Below are positions 47,986 to 58,717 of a stretch of DNA of 64,000 nt, piece by piece (within the stretch, counting starts at the first letter, position 1; each line of letters starts with the position of its first letter). This DNA comes from a virus: IMG/VR virus record IMGVR_UViG_3300045988_098930; one strand, 5' to 3'. A model generated the notes under the pieces. The model saw nothing but the letters and a program-made list of their open reading frames with translations, was not told the DNA's origin and did not search any database. The position numbers were made by a program, and so were the translations under genes.

Positions 47986-50900
47986 GCAATTACGACTTTC
48001 AAGTATTTACTCAATTAGTGCCGAGTGGGGCTACTATTTCTGAGCTACGCAAACAGGTACAAGATTATTTCGACAAAAATGCAATCAAGGTCAAATTTAG
48101 TAATTTTGACCTTAGTGGTGCTGCGTCAGGTACAACTACCAAACAAATTAACGCAACCGCCAATGCGTTGCAAGCGATTAAGCTCTCTCTGCAAGAAATC
48201 AATACGGCGCGGAATAAAATAGTTAAAGCTGGTACTGAGAATACCTCTAACCAAATTCAGGCATACAATAAGCAGATTAAAGATAGTGTTGTTTCTCTTA
48301 AAGAACTAATTAACACGTATGCCAAATTGAATGGTGGTAAGAGCGTTGAGTTCCGAGATTTAACCCCGCTGCTGAACCCTACTGATATTCAAGCGGCGAC
48401 TGATGCTTTACGTAGCTTATTGCAAGGCGCAGGCATGAACGGTGCTGCTGTGGAGACAGTGCTGACATCCTTTAAGAAGGGATGCTGGGATGTGTCGGAG
48501 GCAGCGGCTAAAGCGGCTGATGCGGTGCAGAAAATGCACTCAGAAATGGCGGCTAAAGCGTCTGCGGCCACAGCAAAAACCGGGCAATCTGTTTACGCTA
48601 AATACAATGATATATCTGCGCCGGATATTGCCAATTATACGGTGGATACGACCAAATTGGTGCAAAGTTATCAGGCGGTTAAACAGCAAATTACCGACAT
48701 ACAGACCGTACAAAGTTCCGGTGCTAAAGTTTCGCAAGCACAGTGGCAGTTGTTGATTGATGCTGCACAGCAGTATGAAATCGCTCTCAAAAATGTCAAG
48801 GTCGAACAAAAGGATGCTACGGCAACGCAGAAGAAGGCAGATAAAGAACTGGCCGATTTGGATAAGTTGCAGAACAAACTTATCCAGTTGCAAGCTACTT
48901 TTGGCGAAGGATACTTTAACAACCAAAAAACCATTATTCAGCGTTTAGGTTTGTCGTCTGCCGATGTTACGGACGCTACTGATGCTTTAGCTACATTACG
49001 AGCTACTTATGCCCAATTAGAAGTAGCTATAAGCAGCAATAACGCCGCAGACAAGCAGGCGGCAATCACCAATTTACAAACAGCATATCAGGGGTTTGGA
49101 GCTTCATTAAGGAACCTGCAAACTGCCGCTCGTGAGTTAAACAGTTCGCTTAATGCGGGTATCCAGTTCCAGAGGTTAAAATCTCAGGCACAGGCGTATT
49201 TTGACCAATACGCCACGGGTATACAGCGTAATTCACAGCTCACTAAAGAGTGGCGGGAGCTTATTCAGAAAATTGGTAATGCAGACCAGTGGCAAAACAG
49301 TAATCAAGCTGCCGCTGCATTAGATGACCTTAAACGGCGTAGCCAAGCGGCTGGCGTAGAAGTCACTTCACTCAACAAAAAGTTGCGCGATATGTTTGGT
49401 GACACATTATACGGTTTTGCCGTAGCACAGATTACGTCTGTTGCCGCTAACGCCATTCATCAAGTAGTTACCAATGTTGTCGAATTAGACAAAGCAATGA
49501 CCGACCTTCAGATAGCGTCAGGTTTGAATCGCACACAGGTTCGTGGTTTATTGGAAGACTACGGGCAACTGGCGCAGGCGATTGGTGCTACCACCTTGGA
49601 AGTCGCTGAAGCGGCTGATGGTTGGTTGCGTCAGGGTTACTCTATGCAGGAAACGTCAGAACTGATTAAATCCAGTATGATGTTGTCCAAATTGGGTCAG
49701 ATGAACTCTGATGACGCAACTAAGGCGCTTACCAGTTCGCTCAAGGGTTATCAGTTACAAGCCAGTAGCGCTACTGATGTTGTTAGTAAATTAGTGGCGG
49801 TTGATATGGAAGCCGCTGCTTCTGCTGGTGGGCTGGCAACTGCGATGTCACAAACTGCGACTCTGGCTGATCAAACCGGCATATCTATGGATAGGTTGAT
49901 TGGTATTGTCGCAACCTTGATGGATGTATCCCAGCAGAGCGGAGAAAGTGTCGGTGCAGCCGTCAAGTCCATGCTGGCACGACTTGGCAATATAAAAGCA
50001 GGACGGTTAATTGATCCAGAAACCGGCGAAAGTCTCAGTGACGTCGAAACCGTCTTAAATAATATCGGCGTGAAGTTACGTACCAACGCAACAGATTGGC
50101 GAGATTACCAAGACGTTCTGGATGATGTAGCTGCGAAGTGGGGTAGTTTGAACGAGACCCAGCAACGTGCGGTCGCTGTTGCATTGGGTCAAACCCGTCG
50201 TCAGGAGCAGTTTAACATTTTGATGGCGAACTATGACAAGGTTCGTCAATTCACTGAAACAGCAGCTAATGCTACTGGTACTGCTGAACGTAAATACCTC
50301 AACTACATGGATTCTGTCGAAGCCAAGATTAACACCTTAAAGGCTTCATGGGAATCCCTGTCTCAAACTGTACTTAGCTCAGACTTGATTGTTGGCGGCG
50401 TGCAGTTCCTTTCTCAACTGATACAAGGGTTAGATAAGGTTGTCAGTAAGTTGGGTGCAGTCCCCTCGGTATTAGCTGCGATTAGCCTTGTAGTAAGTAA
50501 GCGCGGCAAGGGCCTGTTCGGTCAAGAGGGATTGTTCACTGCATCCTTGAACAAGAACGGTTTATCTGGCAATTTCTTGGCGCAACACGTCCAGCGTAAT
50601 TTCTTAACCAACAAGGATATATCTCTCTTACATCAGTATAATGAAGCTCTGAGTCAGTCCATAGCGGATGGCAACACGTTAGCAGACGCCCATACAAAGC
50701 TCACAGCAGAGTTGACTAAAGGCTCTGCCGCGTTCCAGCAATATGCTGTGCAGTTGGATGGCACAGGCGACAGCGTAGAGAAAGTCACTGCTAAGGGATT
50801 AAAACTTTCAGATGTGCTGTTAAATGTTGGCAATATGGCGTTAAATATGGCGCTTGGTGCGGCAATTTCGATGGCGATTGGTCTTATCATCAAACGGATT

Positions 50901-53900
50901 GATCAGTACATACGCCGCATCGAACTTGCTCAACAGAAAACGCAAGAAGCGATTGGCATCTGGCAGGGCGCAAATGATAAATTAGAAGAACAACGCACTA
51001 AGTTGGGCGACACTTCTGACCGTTTGGAAGAACTCAACAAGCTCAAAGCAGGCGGCAATTGGACTGAGCAGCTTGAAGCAGAGAAGCGAGAGCTGGAACT
51101 GCAAAATGGACAGATACGTGACCAGATAGAGCTTTTAAAGATTAAGGCTGAATTAGATAGGCAAGCCGCCGTACAAGCGCTCAAGGATGAAATTGCGACC
51201 ACACAGGGCGCGACTCAATATGCTTTTGCTTGGAAAGTTGCGTCCTCTGCCGATGCTAAGGGGTATGCGGTGTCTGGACTGGCGGCAGATTCAGGCCAGA
51301 GGCAGTATGTAACTGCCGATCAGAACGAGGCGCTTGCAATCGCTTTGGCTCGTTTGCACGAGATAGAGGCCAGCAAAAAAGAGTCGGGTAAACTGACCAA
51401 ACAAGAACAAGCAGACCTTGAATCCATACGCACAACACTGACTGATGTTGGCCTTCAGTCAAATACGTGGGCTACACAACTTACGACTTTGGGTGAGGTT
51501 GATTTGGCTCGGCCTTACTTGGATGTTGTGTCTGCGGCAAGCGACGCAGTAGAATTAGCCAATCGTATTCAGGCTGATACCACCGTTTTATCTGATACGC
51601 TCAAACAGGCTTTGGATAGTAATGCCAATTTGGCGGCATTAGCTGGTGGGTTGACTAAGACGCAGTTATTGGCCCGTCAAAATTCTGGTGCATATCAAGC
51701 GCTGGCTACTATTGCGGCCCAATACGGTAAGACCGTTGAAGACATTACTCCAATCTTAGAAGACTTGGGGTATTTGCAAAAAGAAGTTGCTGGGTCAACC
51801 GAAGACCTGAAAAACGAACAAGGCCAACTGAATGATATATGGGCAGCGGCGCGTAGTGCTGGTGACGATGCCAGCGACACTGTTAAAAACCTCAAGGTCG
51901 CGATAGGCACGGTGCAGGATTGGCGCAGCACCAAGAACGAAGTGGCGGCAGCTATTGCTACCATCAATCAGCTCACCGGCCTTAATTTAGATGTTGATGC
52001 TGACGGACTTTTAGATACGCTTGACTTTATATCCGCTTATTTGTCTGGTGATATAGAGAAGTTCGAGAAGTATGGTATAGCGGCTATTAAGGCGTTGGGT
52101 GTTAAGCCTGATGCATCTGGTTTGCAAGCCGCATTGCAGGCACTAATCACACAATTTGGGTTGCTTAGTGGTGCGGCGCAGGCAACAGCGGCTACAATAT
52201 TGAGCGCATTTGAAAGCATCGGTGCAATCAAATGGGGTGGATTAACAGATTCGCAACAAGCGATTATGGACGACCCCAACGCTGACCCACGGGCCAAGGC
52301 TTATATCGCCGCACAGCGTAAACGTGTAGTCAATGATGATTGGTTCAAGAGCACTGCTGCCACCAGTAAGCGTTATGGTTCCTCTAAATCTGGTTCATCT
52401 AAGAAAACTACTGACTCTAAACTTGAAGCGTATAAGGCGTATATTAACGAGCTTGATCATCTGCTTGCTATGGAGCAAATCACCGAACAAGAATATTATA
52501 AGCGCAGTTTGGATGCTTTTAATAAATATCTCGGTGATAAAAAGAAATACCAAGACCAGTGGTGGGCGCTTCAGGAAAAGTATTATAAGTGGTGGAAAAA
52601 GCAGGCAGAAGATGCCGCCAGAGACCGCTATGAGGCCGATAAGAAAGCTGCTGAGGACGCTTATAAGGCCGAAAAGGAACGTATTGATAAGCTAAAAGAC
52701 GCCAATGACGATTTGTTGTCCGCTTATCAGGATCGCGTCAACTTCCAGAAAAAACAGCTTAATCGTGCTGGTGATGAACGGTCTTATGACCAAGAAGTGG
52801 CGGCGGCAAATAAGCGCATTGCCGACCTGAAAGCACAAATTGAAGTGCTGTCTTTGGACGATTCAGCCAACGCCAAGGCAAAGCGGCTTGAATTGCAAGA
52901 ACAGCTCGACGACGAGTTGCTTGATTTGGACAACAAAATGTATGACCGTTCGGCAGATGTGCAAAGCGATGCGCTGGATGATAGTCTGGATGAATACTCC
53001 CGCTATATTGGGGCGCAGAATAAGTTGCTGGACGAGCAGTTACGTCGACTGGAAAAACAGCATAATGCTATACTGGACAATCTGCAAAGCACCTTAGATT
53101 CAGCGCTGAATAACATCTCTACCATGTTCCAGCAGATGATGGCTGAGACCGAAAACATGGTGAATCAAATCAACGCCATGCTTGCCAGCATTGATGTATC
53201 TTCTCATGCGGGCATATCGCAGATGCAACAGGCGTTGGTGGACACTGGATACAATATCGGCTCTTACGGCGTACAGAAGAACGGTGTAGATGGCGTTATC
53301 GGCAAAATGACCGTTAAGGGCCTTCAGCAGTTCTTGAATGATAGCATGGGCGCTGGGCTGAAGGTAGATGGCAAGGTGGGCTCTAAGACTTACGCTGCCA
53401 TTCAAAATGCCGTCAATGCAGGCTTGTTGAACGAGTCTTACCTAAAGGCATTTCCGCGCAAATACCATACTGGTGGCGTAGTTGGTCAAGACTTTAACTC
53501 TGAGACCGCTTTTAAGGAGCTGGTCAAAAAGAAGCCTGATGAGGTTGATGCACGTCTACGCAAGGGCGAAGTGGTGCTTACCGAGGATCAGGCAATTAAG
53601 GCTGCGAAGCGGTTGGCGTTCTCATCTTCTGATGCCGAGCGTTTGTTCACTATAATGAGTCAAGGCATAGGTGGGTTGTTTGGTGGCGACGGCGCTTTGA
53701 AGCAGGCAACGAAGCTGGCGCAAACCGTAGCGAATAATACTACTCATGCACCCAGCGTTAGCGTTATCAATAACTTCAACGGCACAACTGATGCTGACAC
53801 TGTGCGGGCCATCGAGCGTTGGTCTGAGACGTTTAAAAAGCAGATTAAAGAGGAAATTTTTAGGGTTCCTATCAATAGCCTTGCACGGACGGGGCGGTTG

Positions 53901-53903
53901 TAA
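47982..53903 (+). CDS. tail tape measure protein (1973 aa) with C-terminal peptidoglycan-binding domain
   Basis: Core region MTDLQIASGLNRTQ...ATLEVAEAADGWLRQGYS...ATAMSQTATLADQTGIS is typical of the TP901-family tape-measure core. A PG_binding_1-like DGVIGKMTVKGLQQFLN...VDGKVGSKTYAAIQ is encoded around 53220..53410. Confidence 0.85.
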   Translation: MSNYDFQVFTQLVPSGATISELRKQVQDYFDKNAIKVKFSNFDLSGAASGTTTKQINATANALQAIKLSLQEINTARNKIVKAGTENTSNQIQAYNKQIKDSVVSLKELINTYAKLNGGKSVEFRDLTPLLNPTDIQAATDALRSLLQGAGMNGAAVETVLTSFKKGCWDVSEAAAKAADAVQKMHSEMAAKASAATAKTGQSVYAKYNDISAPDIANYTVDTTKLVQSYQAVKQQITDIQTVQSSGAKVSQAQWQLLIDAAQQYEIALKNVKVEQKDATATQKKADKELADLDKLQNKLIQLQATFGEGYFNNQKTIIQRLGLSSADVTDATDALATLRATYAQLEVAISSNNAADKQAAITNLQTAYQGFGASLRNLQTAARELNSSLNAGIQFQRLKSQAQAYFDQYATGIQRNSQLTKEWRELIQKIGNADQWQNSNQAAAALDDLKRRSQAAGVEVTSLNKKLRDMFGDTLYGFAVAQITSVAANAIHQVVTNVVELDKAMTDLQIASGLNRTQVRGLLEDYGQLAQAIGATTLEVAEAADGWLRQGYSMQETSELIKSSMMLSKLGQMNSDDATKALTSSLKGYQLQASSATDVVSKLVAVDMEAAASAGGLATAMSQTATLADQTGISMDRLIGIVATLMDVSQQSGESVGAAVKSMLARLGNIKAGRLIDPETGESLSDVETVLNNIGVKLRTNATDWRDYQDVLDDVAAKWGSLNETQQRAVAVALGQTRRQEQFNILMANYDKVRQFTETAANATGTAERKYLNYMDSVEAKINTLKASWESLSQTVLSSDLIVGGVQFLSQLIQGLDKVVSKLGAVPSVLAAISLVVSKRGKGLFGQEGLFTASLNKNGLSGNFLAQHVQRNFLTNKDISLLHQYNEALSQSIADGNTLADAHTKLTAELTKGSAAFQQYAVQLDGTGDSVEKVTAKGLKLSDVLLNVGNMALNMALGAAISMAIGLIIKRIDQYIRRIELAQQKTQEAIGIWQGANDKLEEQRTKLGDTSDRLEELNKLKAGGNWTEQLEAEKRELELQNGQIRDQIELLKIKAELDRQAAVQALKDEIATTQGATQYAFAWKVASSADAKGYAVSGLAADSGQRQYVTADQNEALAIALARLHEIEASKKESGKLTKQEQADLESIRTTLTDVGLQSNTWATQLTTLGEVDLARPYLDVVSAASDAVELANRIQADTTVLSDTLKQALDSNANLAALAGGLTKTQLLARQNSGAYQALATIAAQYGKTVEDITPILEDLGYLQKEVAGSTEDLKNEQGQLNDIWAAARSAGDDASDTVKNLKVAIGTVQDWRSTKNEVAAAIATINQLTGLNLDVDADGLLDTLDFISAYLSGDIEKFEKYGIAAIKALGVKPDASGLQAALQALITQFGLLSGAAQATAATILSAFESIGAIKWGGLTDSQQAIMDDPNADPRAKAYIAAQRKRVVNDDWFKSTAATSKRYGSSKSGSSKKTTDSKLEAYKAYINELDHLLAMEQITEQEYYKRSLDAFNKYLGDKKKYQDQWWALQEKYYKWWKKQAEDAARDRYEADKKAAEDAYKAEKERIDKLKDANDDLLSAYQDRVNFQKKQLNRAGDERSYDQEVAAANKRIADLKAQIEVLSLDDSANAKAKRLELQEQLDDELLDLDNKMYDRSADVQSDALDDSLDEYSRYIGAQNKLLDEQLRRLEKQHNAILDNLQSTLDSALNNISTMFQQMMAETENMVNQINAMLASIDVSSHAGISQMQQALVDTGYNIGSYGVQKNGVDGVIGKMTVKGLQQFLNDSMGAGLKVDGKVGSKTYAAIQNAVNAGLLNESYLKAFPRKYHTGGVVGQDFNSETAFKELVKKKPDEVDARLRKGEVVLTEDQAIKAAKRLAFSSSDAERLFTIMSQGIGGLFGGDGALKQATKLAQTVANNTTHAPSVSVINNFNGTTDADTVRAIERWSETFKKQIKEEIFRVPINSLARTGRL

Positions 53904-54074
53904 ACGAAAACCCATTAACGAACAAATAAGCAAGTGTGACAATCAAAGCGTGAGGAGCCAGTCTGTGAAGTTGCCGCGACGAACGAACTTCTCACGCTCA
54001 TTTCGTTCTACTCCATTTGCAACAATAAGTAACATACGCACAACATATTTATTTTGGACTGGTGGTGATTCTAT

Positions 54075-54857
54075 TTGGCCTATGAAGGGCTGCAATTTAT
54101 ATATGACGGTATCCCCTCTCAGCGTTACGGTCTCATGTTTGCGTTCTTTGATTCTGCCGACTATAAGCACGCCGGAGGTTCAGAGAATAGTCTTACCATA
54201 GATAAGGCGACACGCTCTCAGCGCCACACTCTATTGTCTGTCTCTCCTGATGATCCGTTGGAGTATGATATTGAAGTAGTGGCACTCAAGCCGTTGCAAC
54301 CTTATGAGGTAAACGCCGTACACGCATGGCTGTGTGGGCAATTAGGCTTTAAAAAGTTGGTGATTCAAGCTCCTGAATATGCTGGTATGCACTTCAATTG
54401 TGTATTTAATGAGCCTGATGACTATTACATTAAAGCCGGTACAAACGGATTTAACTTGACAATGACCTGCGATGCCGGTGGCGCATGGAGCGATGCTAAG
54501 ACAGTAACCTTCACGCCTACTGACGGCGGTACTATAACAGTCAACAATCGTTCTGCCAGCTATGATTATCTCTACCCTACTGTTGAATTCACACTTGACG
54601 GCGGCACGGAGTTTTCTATTATCAACACGACCGATAGTGTGACCCGTGAGTTTAAGTTTACGGAATTGGCTGACGGTGAAACAATAACGGTTAATGGGCG
54701 TACTGGCGAGGTTATGTCCTCATTAAGCACAATTCGCATCAACAATTTTAACGCGCATTTTTTGCGGTTGGTACACGGTTTAAACACGTTAAAATGCACC
54801 GGCAAGGTCTCTAACTTAAAACTGACATACGAAAATTTTATACGGATAGGAGGGTAA
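54075..54857 (+). CDS. distal tail protein (Dit)
   Basis: TTG start 6 nt after GGTGGTGA. It is the first gene after the tape measure gene and starts with a YDGI...GL motif typical of siphovirus tail-family proteins. Confidence 0.6.
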   Translation: MAYEGLQFIYDGIPSQRYGLMFAFFDSADYKHAGGSENSLTIDKATRSQRHTLLSVSPDDPLEYDIEVVALKPLQPYEVNAVHAWLCGQLGFKKLVIQAPEYAGMHFNCVFNEPDDYYIKAGTNGFNLTMTCDAGGAWSDAKTVTFTPTDGGTITVNNRSASYDYLYPTVEFTLDGGTEFSIINTTDSVTREFKFTELADGETITVNGRTGEVMSSLSTIRINNFNAHFLRLVHGLNTLKCTGKVSNLKLTYENFIRIGG

Positions 54858-54861
54858 AAGT

Positions 54862-57795
54862 ATGCTGTTTAGCTTTGATAAGTTTGACCGCTATGAGATA
54901 CCCGTCCTGACCGTGGCGCACCCCGATTTCACTAAAGTGGGGATTATCAAAGACCCTATCGGGTTAAAACTTGACCTGAATTTGGTATCTACCTCTAAAG
55001 CGTCGTTTGAAGCGTATTCAGTAGATGATACTGGCAATGCCACCTTTTATTATGGTGCGTTGACCAAGTATAATCTCGTGCATATTAGCGGCTTCGGTTG
55101 GTTCGTAATCACCAATGTTGATGAAAGTAATGATGGTATTCATAAGAGCAAGTCGGTGGACTGTGAATCTTACGAGTATACGTTAGGGCGCAAAGCGGCG
55201 AACCTAAGTGCAGGCACATATCGTCTGTATGATCCTGCCAACGCCGCCAGCACTGAGACTTTGCTTGGACATTTTCTGGCGAATTGCCCTCGTTGGACGA
55301 TAGGCTATGTGAGCAGTGCGCTGTATAGCCGGTATCGGACCTTTGATATGCCTGATGCGTCTATGTACGGCTTTCTAATGGAAGAAGCGATGGACGCTTA
55401 TGAGTGTGTATTTGTCTTTGACACGGAGAATTTGCAGATCAAGGTCTATGCGCCTGATGATTTGATTAAGGATTCGGGGATTGTATTCCGATACACCTCA
55501 CTTTTAAAGCATATCTCAATATCTGATTCCGCAGACGATGTGGTAACGGAACTGCAAGTGTATGGCGCAGACGATTTTAGTATTGCTACTGTTAATCCGC
55601 TTGGCACTGCCAGTATTTACAAGTATGACTATTTTAAAGATGTCATGCCTGCGGCTATGTGGGTCAAGGTTAAGCAATGGCAGGATGATGTTGCGGCGGC
55701 TATGGGGCGTACTTCCGCTTATGGCAATATACTGACCGCTATAAAAAATGAGAATCTAAAGATACTCGGTTATGAAGCGAATAAGTCTGAAGTGGAACGG
55801 TATCGAGCGGCTGGTGAACAGGTCCGCACTGTTAATACGCCGTATACGATGCAGGCCGTTTCGCAGACTGCTGTGGATAATATACGGGCATGGATAGATA
55901 GCAAAAGCAGCACTGACCTGTTGACAATGGTAACTGCCGCCGATGCTTACCCTCCTATTCCTACGTTTGTGCCTGCCGGTGGCGAGGGTGTTGTACCAAG
56001 CGAGATACAAGCGTATGCTGATACGATAACAGAAGCAGACCGTAATGTGGCACAGGCAACGGTGAATATTTATGCCTGCGAAAAGTGTATCCAGTATTGT
56101 GATAGTCTCATTGAACAGAGCAAGGCGCAAATTGCCGTCCATCAAGAGCAACGTCAGGCTGCATCTGCGGGGTTGGCTTTATCTAACTACCTGACTGCCG
56201 CTGAAATAACTGCTTTAGGTGATTACACTTTGGCTGACGTGTATGAGAACACATACATTGTGCCGTTGGACAACGCGACCTATGAGGACACACAAAATCT
56301 GGCCTTTGAACTGCTGGACGGTGCATTAGAGGTGTTGGACCGTGTATCTCAGCCTGCCTTTGAGTTTAGTGTGGATAGCGTCAACTTGATGTTTGATAAA
56401 GAGCATGAAGCATACATCAATAACATTGAACAAAAGGGTTTAGGTTGTCAAGTCCATATTGAGTTTGAGGACGGCAACTGGTACAATCCGGTGTTGATGG
56501 GTATTGGTGTTGAGTATGACCACCCTGATAAATGTTCACTGGTATTTGGTAGCAATTATCACGCTCGAATGAGCGAGGATTTGTATGCTGAGTGCTTCCA
56601 GAACGCTGCTAAAACGTCCTCTACGGTCAGCAGTGCATTGCATAGCTGGCTCAATCCTATGCAGTCGCAGAGTCTCAGTCCTATGCGTGAATTTATCGAA
56701 GGTACATTGAGTGCGACGGCGAATAAGATTATCAATGCCAGTAATCAGTCTACGGTTATAGACCAGTTTGGTATCTGGGGCCGTAAGGCCACAGAAGACG
56801 GATACAGCCCTAAACAGCTTAAAATTATCAATAACGGTATGTTTATGACTGATGATAATTGGGATACGTGTAAGCTGGCTATTGGCGAGATAGAGATACC
56901 GGGGACGGCTGATACGGCGTATGGGGTGGCGTCCGAATTGCTGGTGGGTAATCTGATATTGGGCGAAGCCATGAAGATTATCAATGCCAATAATACGTTC
57001 ACCATAGACGAAAACGGTATGAATCTAACTACTTCAGACGGATTAAAGAAGATATATATGGACCCGTCTGATGGGTTTAAGATTCAAGGTAGAGCTAATA
57101 CTTCTGCGGAATTTGCGGATAAACTATATCTGGATTCGGAAGGTAATGCTATATTAAAGGACATTACGGCTATTGGTGGTACATTTACAGGAAGCGTATT
57201 GGCTGGTGCTGGTGTAATGGGCGGGTTCTACTCTCAAGACAGTATACATAAAATTCTCGGCAATTTGACCATCGAAGGAGATTTGACCATTAAGGGCAAA
57301 TACCCCGCCTCCCCTGTTACTCCTGCGGGAGCTGGCATTCAATCTGGTAGTAATGGATATATAGTAACCGCCCCTCAAGCGAACCAATTTGGTACGATGT
57401 CTGTTGAAACATTGCGTGTAACTGATGGATCGGGCAATTATTGGAATTTGCTACAAAATGGATCGTGGTCTACTGGCACTGGTGGCGGTGGCACAGGTGG
57501 ATCGGGCAGTGGAGTTACATATAACATTATTCGCTATACGAATCCTAATGCAACCATTTATTTTCATCCTCAAGCTTCACCTACGCCCAGAAATGGCGTT
57601 ATGCAGGTGTATCAATGGTATGTTTATATTGAGATAACAACCAATTCACATGGATCGTGGTATTTGCTTTCGCAAACGTGTACTTATAATAATGGTCGCG
57701 TAACTCCTAATGCCTCTCTATCTAATTTTGGGTGGGTCAACTTAGACCCTACTTTGTCTACCGTAGAAGTGCGAACCAACCAACCGGGAGCGTAA
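54862..57795 (+). CDS. tail-associated (Tal-like) baseplate hub / minor structural protein
   Basis: A 977-aa ORF after Dit. The N-terminus (GFGWFVITNVDESNDGIHKSKSVDCESYEY) is typical of prophage-tail endopeptidase/Tal N-domains. A Gly-rich linker lies near the C-terminus. Confidence 0.65.
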   Translation: MLFSFDKFDRYEIPVLTVAHPDFTKVGIIKDPIGLKLDLNLVSTSKASFEAYSVDDTGNATFYYGALTKYNLVHISGFGWFVITNVDESNDGIHKSKSVDCESYEYTLGRKAANLSAGTYRLYDPANAASTETLLGHFLANCPRWTIGYVSSALYSRYRTFDMPDASMYGFLMEEAMDAYECVFVFDTENLQIKVYAPDDLIKDSGIVFRYTSLLKHISISDSADDVVTELQVYGADDFSIATVNPLGTASIYKYDYFKDVMPAAMWVKVKQWQDDVAAAMGRTSAYGNILTAIKNENLKILGYEANKSEVERYRAAGEQVRTVNTPYTMQAVSQTAVDNIRAWIDSKSSTDLLTMVTAADAYPPIPTFVPAGGEGVVPSEIQAYADTITEADRNVAQATVNIYACEKCIQYCDSLIEQSKAQIAVHQEQRQAASAGLALSNYLTAAEITALGDYTLADVYENTYIVPLDNATYEDTQNLAFELLDGALEVLDRVSQPAFEFSVDSVNLMFDKEHEAYINNIEQKGLGCQVHIEFEDGNWYNPVLMGIGVEYDHPDKCSLVFGSNYHARMSEDLYAECFQNAAKTSSTVSSALHSWLNPMQSQSLSPMREFIEGTLSATANKIINASNQSTVIDQFGIWGRKATEDGYSPKQLKIINNGMFMTDDNWDTCKLAIGEIEIPGTADTAYGVASELLVGNLILGEAMKIINANNTFTIDENGMNLTTSDGLKKIYMDPSDGFKIQGRANTSAEFADKLYLDSEGNAILKDITAIGGTFTGSVLAGAGVMGGFYSQDSIHKILGNLTIEGDLTIKGKYPASPVTPAGAGIQSGSNGYIVTAPQANQFGTMSVETLRVTDGSGNYWNLLQNGSWSTGTGGGGTGGSGSGVTYNIIRYTNPNATIYFHPQASPTPRNGVMQVYQWYVYIEITTNSHGSWYLLSQTCTYNNGRVTPNASLSNFGWVNLDPTLSTVEVRTNQPGA

Positions 57796-57841
57796 TCTGT
57801 GGGTAGATACACAAACACAACAAATACAAAAGGGCTAATAT

Positions 57842-58549
57842 ATGGCAATTTATAATGGTACGATGTCAGTCGATGGCAACGGACCGTACAGCAATACGGC
57901 TGGCGGTTATCAAATTGGAGGCGCTGATATAGGCTCCGCTTGGTGTACAATCACGCTTCCTGATACTTATTCGGCGTATAATGTATGTTCGCTCACTTGC
58001 GCATTGTATTCGAGAACTGCGCCTTCAAACTGGTTATCGACATGGACGTGCGACATTAAGATTACTATAAAAGGCCAAACTGGCACTTGGAAAAATGTCA
58101 CTAAAGATGGTTTTGATAATGGCGGTGGGTCTACAAGTCGGCGTTTTGAAATTGACCTCGATCAAATTGGGTTAGGAACGCTATCTCTCGTTCCCGGTGA
58201 TTATATCAAATTAGAGTTTGTGGGTCACGCAGGCACATTTGTTGACGATAATGGTCGATGTGTGTACTTACGGTCTGCAACTCTTATTTCTAATGATGCG
58301 ATTGAAGCCAACAATTATTTAAAAGTCGCCAGCTCTGGGCGCATATTATACGTTGCAGATAGCTATCAGCCGGTATCGGTTACGTCCAGCACCAGTGGCA
58401 CATATTTTATGAAGTTCGCTGATTATAAGAAGTATTTTGGGTTTGCATGGGGCGCTGGGGAATATGTTCAAGTCACATTGCCTGAATATTATGTCGCAGG
58501 CGTTACATACTACAAGCCCTCTTTAGCACCTTTATTAAAAGCGGATTAA
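57842..58549 (+). CDS. hypothetical baseplate/fibre-module protein
   Basis: Track ORF directly after Tal. Confidence 0.5.
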   Translation: MAIYNGTMSVDGNGPYSNTAGGYQIGGADIGSAWCTITLPDTYSAYNVCSLTCALYSRTAPSNWLSTWTCDIKITIKGQTGTWKNVTKDGFDNGGGSTSRRFEIDLDQIGLGTLSLVPGDYIKLEFVGHAGTFVDDNGRCVYLRSATLISNDAIEANNYLKVASSGRILYVADSYQPVSVTSSTSGTYFMKFADYKKYFGFAWGAGEYVQVTLPEYYVAGVTYYKPSLAPLLKAD

Positions 58550-58567
58550 ATGAATGAAAGGATAACT

Positions 58568-58714
58568 ATGACAACTAAATTAGAAAATGCTTATCGGGCA
58601 TTAGAGCAGCTTCAAATCCAAGGTGTAGATAACGCTGTGCTGTTGGGGTTTATAGGAAAAATGCTGCGAGAAGTGCTTGAAGAAATGCATGTTACACCTC
58701 CAAAGGAGGACTAA
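58568..58714 (+). CDS. small helical protein (48 aa)
   Basis: Below the track cutoff. ATG follows GAAAGGA. Hand translation: MTTKLENAYRALEQLQIQGVDNAVLLGFIGKMLREVLEEMHVTPPKED. Confidence 0.4.
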   Translation: MTTKLENAYRALEQLQIQGVDNAVLLGFIGKMLREVLEEMHVTPPKED

Positions 58715-58717
58715 TGT

